Numbered from the stretch's first letter, positions 27,272 to 36,321 are shown. The stretch is DNA of 64,000 nucleotides from an uncultured Methanosarcinales archaeon (GCA_964602245.1 CAZRPY010000006.1:77-64076), one strand, 5' to 3'. The notes: a model not told the origin generated them from the sequence alone. Program-made: numbers and translations.

Positions 27272-28273
27272 TTATTGTTGAGATTTTTCATATTGTGCTA
27301 TAACTTTATCTGCAACTTCTTTTGCATCGTTAGAAGAAATAGCAAATCCTAGGCTTTCAAAGCCGCCTATCTTAAAATTGTTTATGCCAATTATTTCTTT
27401 CTTAATATTGACTAAAGGCCCTCCTGAGTTTCCCGGATTTATTGGAACATCTGTTTGGATATAAGTTGCTCCGTTAGTAGCCAATCTTTTAGCACTAACT
27501 ATGCCTTCTGTAACTGTGAATGATAAACCTGCGGGATTTCCTAGAGCAATTACTTTCTGGCCAATACTAACTTGATCTGAATTACCAAATTCCATGCTTT
27601 TGAAAGTGCCTTGAACTTTTAGTATTGCAATATCTTTATTAGCATCATAGCCAATTAATACGGCATCTAGATTTCTTCCATCATAAGTATTAACTTTCAC
27701 AGAAGATGCATCTGCTATTACATGCACATTAGTAATTATATAGCCTTTTGAACTGATTATTGCACCTGAGCCTTGTCCTAAATTAGTTTTTACACTAACA
27801 GTTGACTGCAAAACATCATTTACTATAGCTGTGAAATCAGAGCTGCTAACCCTGATTTCAGCTAACTCTTTCTTGAGATCATTAAGCTTTATGTCGCTTT
27901 GCTGCTCAATCTCATCAATTAATTTGCTTAATGTGTTTATCTCCTGTTTGCTCTGTTGCTTGAAAACTTTTAAATCAGAATCAATAAAGCCAATTTGTGA
28001 GCTTAAATTCTTTCCCAAGCCTTTAATATCAGCTGATAAACTTTCTCTTGTATCTTTAATAGAATTTAACAAAGCATTATTTAGCTCAGCAATTCTCGCA
28101 AGATAGTCCAGTCTTGTCTCTTCTAGCTTACTATTGTAATAAAAAAACAAACCTGCTAATACTAAAATAAATATAATATATGTAATTATTTCTCTTTTAT
28201 TGAATAATTTTCTTTTTGGATGTTCAGCAATTAATTCTTTTTTTAACATTTTTAATCTGAATTTTTTAAACAT
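27272..28273 (-). CDS. Membrane-anchored trypsin-like serine protease (HtrA/DegP S1C-like) with an N-terminal coiled coil and no PDZ domain
   Basis: Catalytic His (TNVHVIAD), Asp (DIAILKV) and Ser (GNSGGPL). N-terminal TM helix plus ~110 aa of heptad-rich sequence. The protein ends shortly after the protease domain. Confidence 0.8.
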   Translation of the reverse strand: MFKKFRLKMLKKELIAEHPKRKLFNKREIITYIIFILVLAGLFFYYNSKLEETRLDYLARIAELNNALLNSIKDTRESLSADIKGLGKNLSSQIGFIDSDLKVFKQQSKQEINTLSKLIDEIEQQSDIKLNDLKKELAEIRVSSSDFTAIVNDVLQSTVSVKTNLGQGSGAIISSKGYIITNVHVIADASSVKVNTYDGRNLDAVLIGYDANKDIAILKVQGTFKSMEFGNSDQVSIGQKVIALGNPAGLSFTVTEGIVSAKRLATNGATYIQTDVPINPGNSGGPLVNIKKEIIGINNFKIGGFESLGFAISSNDAKEVADKVIAQYEKSQQ

Positions 28274-28328
28274 TTAATTAATTTGATTTTGTGATAATTT
28301 TTGAATATTTGGTTTTACTACTTTAATG

Positions 28329-28943
28329 TTATTTCTTATTATAAATTTGCATTAATCTTTTTCCAACAATAGCCATAAAAAATATTATTAAAACTATTAA
28401 TATAAATGAAAAAAATGCAAAGTATTTGTTTAGAGTGGATTCTTTAACAGGAGATAATCTTACACTTATTGGTTCAATCTTAAATATTTTACTGGAAACA
28501 GATATTGAATCCTTAGTAGAAACTTCTACACCAGCAATATAATCTACCGGAATTAAGTTTTTAGTGTTAAATGTTTTAAGATATGAGGTTTGCTTGTTAA
28601 TAGACATAGTATCTTTCTCTTCAAATAACACAGCACCTTTTGCCGATTTTAAAAAGTAAATTAAGCCTACATCTGTAGATTCTAAGTTTCCTAGTGTAAA
28701 TAAGGTAACCTGGACTTTAATGTCTGTTCCTTCTGGAATAATTACATACTCTGCTGGAATGTCTAAATTTACACTAACAACAACTTTAGTTAGATTTACA
28801 TTTTTATTTAATTGTGATTTATGGATGAAAAAGCCAGTATGAGATGGTGATATTAGAAAACCAAGTATGATTAAAGTCATAATTATTACGCTGAATATTG
28901 CCTCTCTTGCAAGTTTAATGTTAAAATCTTTTTCTTCTTTCAT
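28329..28943 (-). CDS. Hypothetical membrane/surface protein (N- and C-terminal TM helices, beta-rich middle)
   Basis: Hydrophobic termini. 4-nt ATGA overlap with the upstream HTH gene. Confidence 0.5.
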   Translation of the reverse strand: MKEEKDFNIKLAREAIFSVIIMTLIILGFLISPSHTGFFIHKSQLNKNVNLTKVVVSVNLDIPAEYVIIPEGTDIKVQVTLFTLGNLESTDVGLIYFLKSAKGAVLFEEKDTMSINKQTSYLKTFNTKNLIPVDYIAGVEVSTKDSISVSSKIFKIEPISVRLSPVKESTLNKYFAFFSFILIVLIIFFMAIVGKRLMQIYNKK

Positions 28944-29470
28944 GTTGACTTATCTTCAGTTTTCTTTTTATGCCTGTTTGAAACAGTAACAATAGTTGTG
29001 TAGTTGCGATTGAGCATTTTAGCTATCTCAGAATAGCTTAGACCATAAGTCTCACGAAGAAATGCTACTAATGATTCTAGAGTTGAGTAATTCCTATCTG
29101 CAAAAGCAGAAACAGGAATGTAATATTGAGTTTTAACAGGATAAAACTTACTAGTCATCTTTTTCTTAGAATTCTGATAAGTAACCCAGATAGTTTTATC
29201 ACTTCTATTTAATAGCTTAGCAATCTCTACAAAGCTAAGATTGAGATTTTCATGAAGATATTTTACAATAGTTTCTAAGGCACTTAGAAAATCATTCTGG
29301 AAAACAGTTAAAGGAATTTCATAAACATTTTCCTGCAAAAGTTTGTTTAGTAGTGCAATAAGCCTTAGCTTTTCACTTCTGGAAAGGCTTGCGAGCTTAC
29401 TAAAAGGAATTTCCTTAGCACTATCTATAAAATCCTCTTGCTCGCTATTAGTAATGTCTTTAGCTGGCAT
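28940..29470 (-). CDS. Tandem double-HTH DNA-binding protein (two sigma-70 region 4/LuxR-like repeats)
   Basis: Internal duplication: ...LNLSFVEIAKLLNRSDKTIWVTYQNSKKK and ...YGLSYSEIAKMLNRNYTTIVTVSNRHKKK. Confidence 0.6.
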   Translation of the reverse strand: MPAKDITNSEQEDFIDSAKEIPFSKLASLSRSEKLRLIALLNKLLQENVYEIPLTVFQNDFLSALETIVKYLHENLNLSFVEIAKLLNRSDKTIWVTYQNSKKKMTSKFYPVKTQYYIPVSAFADRNYSTLESLVAFLRETYGLSYSEIAKMLNRNYTTIVTVSNRHKKKTEDKST

Positions 29471-29496
29471 ATTTACTATCTAACATATTATCTAAC

Positions 29497-29701
29497 TATT
29501 ATTATGTAAACATAAAATATATAAACTCTTCTATTATAAATATTACTATGTAGATATAAGTATTATTTTGTAGTCTAGAAGTATTATTATTTAAATTTGT
29601 TCTGGAATATTAATATTATTATGTAATTGTTTTATATTATTATTTAATAGGAGCTATATACGACTTAACTAGAAATTTTATGAACTAACTGGTATTATTA
29701 T
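29497..29701. repeat. Array of seven TATTATTAT-type boxes (five exact, two variant) in the 260-bp spacer upstream of the double-HTH gene
   Basis: Exact TATTATTAT at 29497, 29582, 29614, 29635 and 29693. Variants at 29541 (TATTACTAT) and 29561 (TATTATTTT). Four are followed by GTA. Spacings are 44, 20, 21, 32, 21 and 58 bp. Confidence 0.55.
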
Positions 29702-29730
29702 ATAGTTATTTAATATTAATATATCATTAC

Positions 29731-31998
29731 TTATTCACTTCTTTTAACATTTCTTTTCAGCCATTCCTGCCATTCTGCAAATATCTTCTTGGAGTCAAGA
29801 AAGTCTGTGTCTTCCTTAATCCTGCCAGAGATCTTATGGAATTCGTCATTGCTTAGAACTACAAAATCAGCTTCAAGCAAATCTGGATTATTCATTTGAG
29901 CAGAGAAATTAACTAATGTTTCTTTTATTTTTGCTCTTAACAATATGTTGTCCCAGACTGCATCCCAGTTGCCAGCCCATTCCTTGACATTTCCTGCAAT
30001 TGATTTTAACACATCAGAGTCACCATTAAGCAGATCATCACTTGGCTCAAGCTGATCAGATTTTGAATCATATTTCATTAAATCAATAAAGCCTTTTTCT
30101 ATCAGAGGATCATTTTCCCAATGCTTTCTTACTTCTGTAATTTGAGTTACTCTTCTCCATCTATGCAAGCCGTCTGCACTTCTTATTGGATTGGCAACAA
30201 TAATGACATCAGTTGCCTTAAAGCTAGTTTTAGGAACTCTTAAGTCATTTACAACTCTATCAAAAACACCATAAGGAGAATCTCCATGAATTGTTCCTGC
30301 AACAACATTTGCTAGTGCACCTATACGCATTGCCTCATATAAAGCTCTGGCTTCCTCACTTCTAACCTCACCAACTATTAAGCAGGAATCTCCCATTCTT
30401 AATGTTGTTCTAATACCTTCATCAGATGGAACTTCAGTACTGCCTTTAGTCAGTGCAGCAGCAACTTTCATTGATTGCAAATTGTAACCTAGCTTTCTTA
30501 AAGGTCCAGTTGGAATCTCTAAGGTGTCCTCTATGGTCAGGATTCTATACTTGCGCATAATTTCTGTCATTAATGCAGTAAGCAATGAAGTCTTCCCAGC
30601 ACTTCTTGTGCCTGCTACTAATATAGTTCTTGAGCCATCTACAAGAAAGCTAATAATGCCTGCTGCTAATGGTGAAAGCATTTGATTTTTAATAAACAAA
30701 GGCAAGGTCCATGGCTTATCTCTATGGCGTCTTAAAGCATAGGCAAGACCAAAAGGGTTTAATGGCTGGGATATTACAGCTACTCTTGCAGATGCTCCCG
30801 GAATATTTAGCTCAGTGTCAAGTATTGGATTTGCCTCATCTAAAGGCCTGCCAGAAATCAGCCTTAGCTTTGATGCCCATGACTCTGCTTCACTAACAGT
30901 TGGTATAATATTAGTCATGCAGTCATCAAAGTCTTCATGGACAATAAACATTGGGATCTGGCCCATTGGAGAGTTAATTGTTATATCCTGAATTTTCTCA
31001 TCCTGCAATAAAACTTCAATTAGGCCAAAACCAACAGTATATCTTATCAGAATCTTAGTTAATTCTTCTATCTCTTTCTGGCGGAGCTTTAGATTTCTAT
31101 AATTTGCAAGCTCTTCAATTAAATCATGGCCAACATTATAGAAAACCTGTCTCATCCTCTCAGGATCAATAAATTCTGTCCTGGTTGGCTTGTGCTCAGA
31201 CATAATTTTTCTGGCAATGTCAATTATCTCATACTTGTCTTCTGTAAGCTTGAATTCTGGAGGTATTATATGATATAGATATTGAATTGTGTTTGGAAGC
31301 TTGAATATTGTGACTTCAGTATCATCAATGCTATAGCTATCTATCTCTTCTGCATCACTGGGATAAGATGCCATTAGCTTAGTGAACATGAAATCAGGCT
31401 TTATAATTGGAGTAAAAATTCTTCTGTAGATTTCTCTATCGCCTAGTTTATGCCCTGCGAGAAATGGTTTTGCCAGATCAACTAATTTTGTTCTTTCAAG
31501 AGAATGAAGGATGACATTTAATATATGCACAAATTTTGTTGAGCAATCTACTTCCTGCTTATCAACAGCTTTCGTGAGTTTTATCTCTTCTCTGCGTAAT
31601 AAACGCTTAAGATCTGTATATGCCCCTAATGGATCGCTTTTGAATAATTGAAATAAGACGAATTGAAGCTCGTTATAGTAGAGAGTAGCATAATCCTTGC
31701 AAGCTGGATCTGCAAAAAGCTGGAAGCTAAGCCTTTGTTTAACTAATTTATTGTAAATCTTGGCAACCTCTATAATCATTTGTGTTTGGGCAGTGTCATA
31801 TTCATAATCCCTTTTCTGATAGAAAATTATTTTAGTTACATTACCAGCTTCAAGCAATATATCTATGGTCTTGGACATTGTGACTGCATCATCCTCAAGA
31901 GCAGGTAGTCTTGTGTAGGCTTCACAGTCTATTCTTAGAATTATGTCATCACCTTCTCGGACAATATCGTAAGAAAAAATACCTTTCTGCTCTGCCAT
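29731..31998 (-). CDS. Type II/IV secretion-system ATPase (GspE/VirB11/FlaI superfamily), 755 aa with long N- and C-terminal extensions
   Basis: Walker A GTRSAGKTS, ILTIEDTLEI, Walker B region LIVGEVRSEEA, His box GTIHGDSP. Confidence 0.88.
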   Translation of the reverse strand: MAEQKGIFSYDIVREGDDIILRIDCEAYTRLPALEDDAVTMSKTIDILLEAGNVTKIIFYQKRDYEYDTAQTQMIIEVAKIYNKLVKQRLSFQLFADPACKDYATLYYNELQFVLFQLFKSDPLGAYTDLKRLLRREEIKLTKAVDKQEVDCSTKFVHILNVILHSLERTKLVDLAKPFLAGHKLGDREIYRRIFTPIIKPDFMFTKLMASYPSDAEEIDSYSIDDTEVTIFKLPNTIQYLYHIIPPEFKLTEDKYEIIDIARKIMSEHKPTRTEFIDPERMRQVFYNVGHDLIEELANYRNLKLRQKEIEELTKILIRYTVGFGLIEVLLQDEKIQDITINSPMGQIPMFIVHEDFDDCMTNIIPTVSEAESWASKLRLISGRPLDEANPILDTELNIPGASARVAVISQPLNPFGLAYALRRHRDKPWTLPLFIKNQMLSPLAAGIISFLVDGSRTILVAGTRSAGKTSLLTALMTEIMRKYRILTIEDTLEIPTGPLRKLGYNLQSMKVAAALTKGSTEVPSDEGIRTTLRMGDSCLIVGEVRSEEARALYEAMRIGALANVVAGTIHGDSPYGVFDRVVNDLRVPKTSFKATDVIIVANPIRSADGLHRWRRVTQITEVRKHWENDPLIEKGFIDLMKYDSKSDQLEPSDDLLNGDSDVLKSIAGNVKEWAGNWDAVWDNILLRAKIKETLVNFSAQMNNPDLLEADFVVLSNDEFHKISGRIKEDTDFLDSKKIFAEWQEWLKRNVKRSE

Positions 31999-32180
31999 TA
32001 AATAACCCTCTTTTATTAGCTATTAGTTGCTATGATATAAATATGATATAAAATTATAGTGAAATGATGTGTTTAATAATATTTCTAAATCTTTTCTTTA
32101 ATTTCTCTTTGATTATTTGGATATTACCACTATCTTATGCTAACATAAGATTAATATTAGATGGAGAGTATTTTTACTTT

Positions 32181-32570
32181 ATGGAGAATTATCAAATTCC
32201 TCTGCCTGAGGGAAGATTGTCAGATATAGCTGATAGCGTAAATGAGCTGAGTTCAATGCTTAAGGTAATAGAAGATAGGCAAACTAATCTAAGAAGAAAG
32301 AATCAGCTTACTGAGCAAAATATGCTCAACATGAATAAAAAACTTACTTCAGACATTAAGGCATTATCTTTAGAGTTAAGTGAGACTAAAAAGCAATTAG
32401 ATGAAATATCTGAAAAATTGTTGCAGTTTATTAATGAGCTAAAGAAGTGTGCAAAAAAGGAGGATGTTAGGATAATTGAGAAATATCTGGAGTTCTGGAG
32501 CCCTATTAATTTTGTAACAAGAGAAGAGGCAGAGAGAATGATTCGAGAAAATATAAACCAGGAGCTATAG
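32181..32570 (+). CDS. Coiled-coil protein (129 aa), unknown function
   Basis: Heptad-rich sequence. Start placed at MENYQIPLPEG. The ORF-track extension from 32064 is a low-complexity hydrophobic read-through of the promoter region. Confidence 0.5.
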   Translation: MENYQIPLPEGRLSDIADSVNELSSMLKVIEDRQTNLRRKNQLTEQNMLNMNKKLTSDIKALSLELSETKKQLDEISEKLLQFINELKKCAKKEDVRIIEKYLEFWSPINFVTREEAERMIRENINQEL

Positions 32571-32571
32571 C

Positions 32572-32659
32572 CTATAGAGAATTTTGATTATCTATCATAT
32601 TTGTCAAAATTCTCTTAGAGAACTTTGAATATATAAGGGTTATTCAAAGTTCTCTATAG
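32572..32659. repeat. Four-motif hairpin cassette, copy 1 (motif CTAWAGAGAAYTTTGA in + - + - orientation)
   Basis: gagaattttga (32577-87) pairs with tcaaaattctc (32604-14). agagaactttgaat (32617-30) pairs with attcaaagttctct (32642-55). The outer motifs are also mutually complementary. Confidence 0.7.
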
Positions 32660-32720
32660 AAAGTTATTTAAAGCGAGAAAATAAGGGTATTTTAATCTAA
32701 AATTTATTCAGCATGTTAAA

Positions 32721-33365
32721 ATGGTCTTTGGTATAGGTAAGAAAAAACAGGAAGAAATCGGTCCTAGTGCTAATACACCCCCTATTAATCTAGTAATGAA
32801 TATGAGGCAGCAGGGATTGACTAATAATCAGGTTATACAGAATTTGCAAAGAATGGGGTATCCTCCTAATCTTATCTTTGATGCTTTGAACCAGGCAGAT
32901 ATTAAGGGCAGTGTGCAGCAGATTCCTCCGGATTTCTTACAGCAACCACAGCCGCAGTCGCAGCCACAGCAACTGCAAATGCCAGGTATGGAATTTCCAC
33001 AGCCTCAGGAGCAGGAGGAGGTTAGCAAGGAAAGTGTGGAAGAAATGATAGAAACAATTATTGATGAGAAATGGGAAGAGTTGATGAAGAACATAAATAA
33101 GATAATTGAATGGAAAAACAAAGCTGATGCTAAGGTAGCTTCACTTGAACAGGAGTTTAAAGATTTAAAGGCCGATTTTGACAAGCTTCATAATGCCATT
33201 CTTGGAAAGATTGCTGATTATGACCAGAATATAATTAATGTGGGAACAGAGATTAAGGCTATGGAGAAGGTTTTCCAGCAGATAATACCCACTTTCACAG
33301 AGAATGTTAATGAGCTTTCCAGGCTAACACAGGGTATGAAGAAAGATATCCAAAAGAAAAAGTAA
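32721..33365 (+). CDS. UBA-like N-terminal domain / Gln-Pro-rich linker / coiled-coil protein
   Basis: GLTNNQVIQNLQRMGYPPNLIFDALNQA resembles the UBA MGF/Y-loop pattern. Then QQPQPQSQPQQLQMPGMEFPQPQEQEE, then a heptad-rich C-terminus. Confidence 0.6.
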   Translation: MVFGIGKKKQEEIGPSANTPPINLVMNMRQQGLTNNQVIQNLQRMGYPPNLIFDALNQADIKGSVQQIPPDFLQQPQPQSQPQQLQMPGMEFPQPQEQEEVSKESVEEMIETIIDEKWEELMKNINKIIEWKNKADAKVASLEQEFKDLKADFDKLHNAILGKIADYDQNIINVGTEIKAMEKVFQQIIPTFTENVNELSRLTQGMKKDIQKKK

Positions 33366-33574
33366 ATAGACGCCTGTGGCTAATGGTATTCAGATTTTAA
33401 TTGAGGATACTTATAGTGTGTGATAGAATTGTAATTGAAAATTTATTTTCTAGTTTATTATATATTGCAAATTTAATTATTAAAATAAATGTCTAAATTA
33501 ATCTTTAATCTATTGTATCTAATGATGGAATAAGAATTAATCTAGCATACCCCCCAGTCTGCGACGCATTAATT

Positions 33575-33672
33575 ACTATAGATAATTTTGAAATATATCA
33601 ATTTTGTCAAAATTCTCTAAGAGAACTTTGAATGAAATGGTAAAAACAAGGGATTATTCAAAGTTCTCTATA
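33575..33672. repeat. Four-motif hairpin cassette, copy 2 (direct repeat of 32572-32659)
   Basis: ctatagataattttga ... tcaaaattctc (33607-17). agagaactttgaat (33620-33) pairs with attcaaagttctct (33656-69). Same motif order, longer second loop. Confidence 0.7.
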
Positions 33673-33673
33673 A

Positions 33674-34249
33674 TTATTTTTGAGGAGTTACTGCTAATTT
33701 TTGAATTGTAAAAGCCCCTATTAGCAGAATAAGGGTCATGCCCAGGATTTTTGGGTGTGTTATGACCTTAAAAAATGAAGAAGTCCCTGCACCGCCAGTT
33801 TCACCAGCTTCTCTTGCAGTTACATTACCTACAGTACTTGCAGCTTCAGGAGTTTGGCCTGCGCCAAATGTTACGTGAGATAATGAACCTAGTCCGATAA
33901 CTAGGGCTATTGAAACTACCCACCATATAATATAATTGTACTCCTTGCTCTTTAAAACTCCCATAATATCTTCGTTGCTTGTGCCAAATACCTTAAATGC
34001 AAGTATCATAAAAACAGCAAAGATAAATAATAGTACAAACCAAGGGGCCATTAAGTTTATAACTCCCCTAACAGTTGGCGAGAAGAGTAATGAAATAGCT
34101 AATAATAAAGCAACTAGCCCATGAATTGCCTTGCTCTCGCCAAATAGCTTAGTATAGGAAACAATCCCATAGACAATAACTAAAACAAAAAGAAAAGAGA
34201 ATATTATAGAAAAATTCTGCAATAAGCCAACATCTAAAGGAGTAGCCAT
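33674..34249 (-). CDS. Polytopic membrane protein, divergent third member of a tandem paralogue trio
   Basis: Same TM layout as the two upstream genes. Gly/Thr/Ala-rich loop before the last helix. Confidence 0.55.
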   Translation of the reverse strand: MATPLDVGLLQNFSIIFSFLFVLVIVYGIVSYTKLFGESKAIHGLVALLLAISLLFSPTVRGVINLMAPWFVLLFIFAVFMILAFKVFGTSNEDIMGVLKSKEYNYIIWWVVSIALVIGLGSLSHVTFGAGQTPEAASTVGNVTAREAGETGGAGTSSFFKVITHPKILGMTLILLIGAFTIQKLAVTPQK

Positions 34250-34251
34250 TT

Positions 34252-34839
34252 TTATCTGCCAGGGCCTCTAAACATTCTATCAATACCTTCTAGCATTCTT
34301 GTTCCTGGTGTTCTTTGTTCTCTTGTAATTAAATAGACGATTATGGCAAATACTAGTATAACTATAACTAGTGTTATAGTCTCTTCACCAAATGTGCTAA
34401 CAAACCAGTCCCAGCCACCAAACCAGCCAGTAGCTGCGCCAAAAATCCATATCAGACCTATAATGCCTATAATTGCAGCTACACCAGACCAACTTCCTAT
34501 GCCATAAGTAGTTGGGTAAAATATGCCTACAACTACTATAAGCATAAGTATTGCAACTATCAATAATGAAATTTGGGGTAAGACAGTATTCAATATCTCT
34601 ACAATGTCAGTACCAGAAGGGTAGGAGTTAGTGACATGAGGTATAACCACAAGAAGAGCTATTACTAAAGCTATCATAGTGTTTATGTTTTTCTTTTCCT
34701 CGCCAAGAATCTTTGTTTTCTGAAGAACTGCAAATATTAAAGTAAAAATAAGCAAAAAGGGCAATAATACGTCAGTAAGACCTAAGTTTTCTAGATTAAT
34801 TATTGCATCTTGAAATGTTTGACCTACTCTTAATGCCAT
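34252..34839 (-). CDS. Polytopic membrane protein, paralogue 2 of a tandem trio
   Basis: LGLTDVLLPFLLIFTLIFAVLQKTKILGEEKK aligns with LGIFDVVLPFLLVFTIVFAILEKSRVLGTEE of 34843-35523. Confidence 0.6.
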   Translation of the reverse strand: MALRVGQTFQDAIINLENLGLTDVLLPFLLIFTLIFAVLQKTKILGEEKKNINTMIALVIALLVVIPHVTNSYPSGTDIVEILNTVLPQISLLIVAILMLIVVVGIFYPTTYGIGSWSGVAAIIGIIGLIWIFGAATGWFGGWDWFVSTFGEETITLVIVILVFAIIVYLITREQRTPGTRMLEGIDRMFRGPGR

Positions 34840-34842
34840 CTT

Positions 34843-35523
34843 TTAGTGTCCCTCTTTTTTAGGCTCAGCTGATTTTTTCTTATCTCCTGTAACGAGCCAC
34901 ATAAATATAAGTATCACTATTAATAAAATTATCGATGCAACTGCCCTTGAGCTCCAATGATCTACTAAGAAATTCCAAGCAGTTTCTAGCCATGTATCAC
35001 CATCCTCTGTCTTTAAAGCGTTCAGAAAAACACCAATGATGCCAATAAACATTATTACCATAAAAATGATGTTCCATGGGTTAGTTAGGTAAACACCCTC
35101 TGGAGATTCTTTGTGGAAAGCTCCTATTAAGAGAAGGAAAAATACGCCAAGTACTAAAAGTACCACTATCTGTCCAGATACCTGTGTTATAGTCTCTACT
35201 AGCCTGGAAGAAGCAACTACAAGGAAAGAAATTACAAATGCTGCCATAGCATTAAGGTTTTTCCTAGGGTATTTTTTGCCTTCAATCTCTTCTGTGCCTA
35301 GAACCCTGCTTTTCTCAAGTATGGCAAAGACTATAGTAAAGACTAAGAGGAAAGGTAAGACAACATCAAAAATGCCTAACTGATTAAAGAATTCTATTAC
35401 ATTTCTAAAGGTAGAATCTTCAGCCATTAGTAAATTACTTAAAAAGTCAGTATATAAAACTTTCGTAACAAATGATGAGGCATAGGAACTAATGTTCCTG
35501 GTCTCAAACAAAGTTTGAGACAT
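34843..35523 (-). CDS. Polytopic membrane protein, paralogue 1 of a tandem trio
   Basis: About 5 TM helices. Shares its N-terminal motif with 34252-34839. 3-nt intergenic gaps suggest one operon. Confidence 0.6.
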   Translation of the reverse strand: MSQTLFETRNISSYASSFVTKVLYTDFLSNLLMAEDSTFRNVIEFFNQLGIFDVVLPFLLVFTIVFAILEKSRVLGTEEIEGKKYPRKNLNAMAAFVISFLVVASSRLVETITQVSGQIVVLLVLGVFFLLLIGAFHKESPEGVYLTNPWNIIFMVIMFIGIIGVFLNALKTEDGDTWLETAWNFLVDHWSSRAVASIILLIVILIFMWLVTGDKKKSAEPKKEGH

Positions 35524-35607
35524 TTGGAGCCTCAGGCGGCATTCACTTCGTTCAGCCCCCTAAATTAAGTAATAACCTTTATATAAATAAGCATAATAGC
35601 CAATATT

Positions 35608-36189
35608 ATGATTAATAAAAAGGATTTTTGGGAATTGATTAATGAGCTAGCAAGCTATGATGCACAGCGAGAGATTATGATTAAGAAGAGCAGGGATGTT
35701 TTAAAGCTGTCAAAACAGCTTATATATGCTTTGCATAGGGATAACCAGAAGGAGGCAGATAGTATAGCTGGTAAGCTGCAAAAAGAGAAAAAAGAGTTGG
35801 ATAAGCTAACTGTCAGCCATAAGGGTATGGATTTTGAAGGATCTTATTCTGAAGCTTTACAGGAATTTGTTGAGGCTTGGTGCTATTATGAATTTGTTAA
35901 GAATAAGAAAATACCTAGCAACAATGAGCTTAAAGTAGATGCAGAGGCATATCTTGGAGGTATAAGTGACTTAACAGGAGAATTGACTAGGAAAGCTGTG
36001 CTAATGACAATTGCTAAGGATTTTAAAACAGTGGAAGAGATTAAAGCATTAGTTGAAGAAATACATGCTTTATTTCTAAAGATGGATTTAAGGAACAGTA
36101 ACTTAAGGAAAAAGGCAGATGCTATTAAATGGAACCTTAAGAAACTGGAAGATGTGATGTATGATATTAGGATGAAGAAAGGTGCTTAA
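35608..36189 (+). CDS. Translin-family protein
   Basis: REIMIKKSRDV...QEFVEAWCYYEF...AYLGGISDLTGELTRKAV...LRKKADAIKWNLKKLEDVMYDI follows the translin pattern. Confidence 0.75.
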   Translation: MINKKDFWELINELASYDAQREIMIKKSRDVLKLSKQLIYALHRDNQKEADSIAGKLQKEKKELDKLTVSHKGMDFEGSYSEALQEFVEAWCYYEFVKNKKIPSNNELKVDAEAYLGGISDLTGELTRKAVLMTIAKDFKTVEEIKALVEEIHALFLKMDLRNSNLRKKADAIKWNLKKLEDVMYDIRMKKGA

Positions 36190-36321
36190 TTACGCTAATT
36201 AATTTAAGTTTACATACATATTTGCTAATATTTTCTCTATAAACTTCTATTTATATTTTGTGCTTGACCCCTCAAAATCTATCCATAACCTTTTTAAAGT
36301 ATATTCTAATCACTTTTGGGT

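Noticed and set aside
29471-29730. Replication origin interpretation of the TATTATTAT array
   Set aside because: No orc1/cdc6 gene is adjacent and no ORB-like longer repeat with a G-string was seen. A regulator-binding array is the more economical reading. Not excluded without skew or marker-frequency data.
32064-32180. Hydrophobic 39-codon extension (MMCLIIFLNLFF...) in front of the coiled-coil ORF
   Set aside because: It is T-rich promoter sequence containing the tandem TATGATATAAA boxes (32032-32053 lie just upstream). The internal Met at 32181 is preferred. A membrane-anchor reading cannot be fully excluded.
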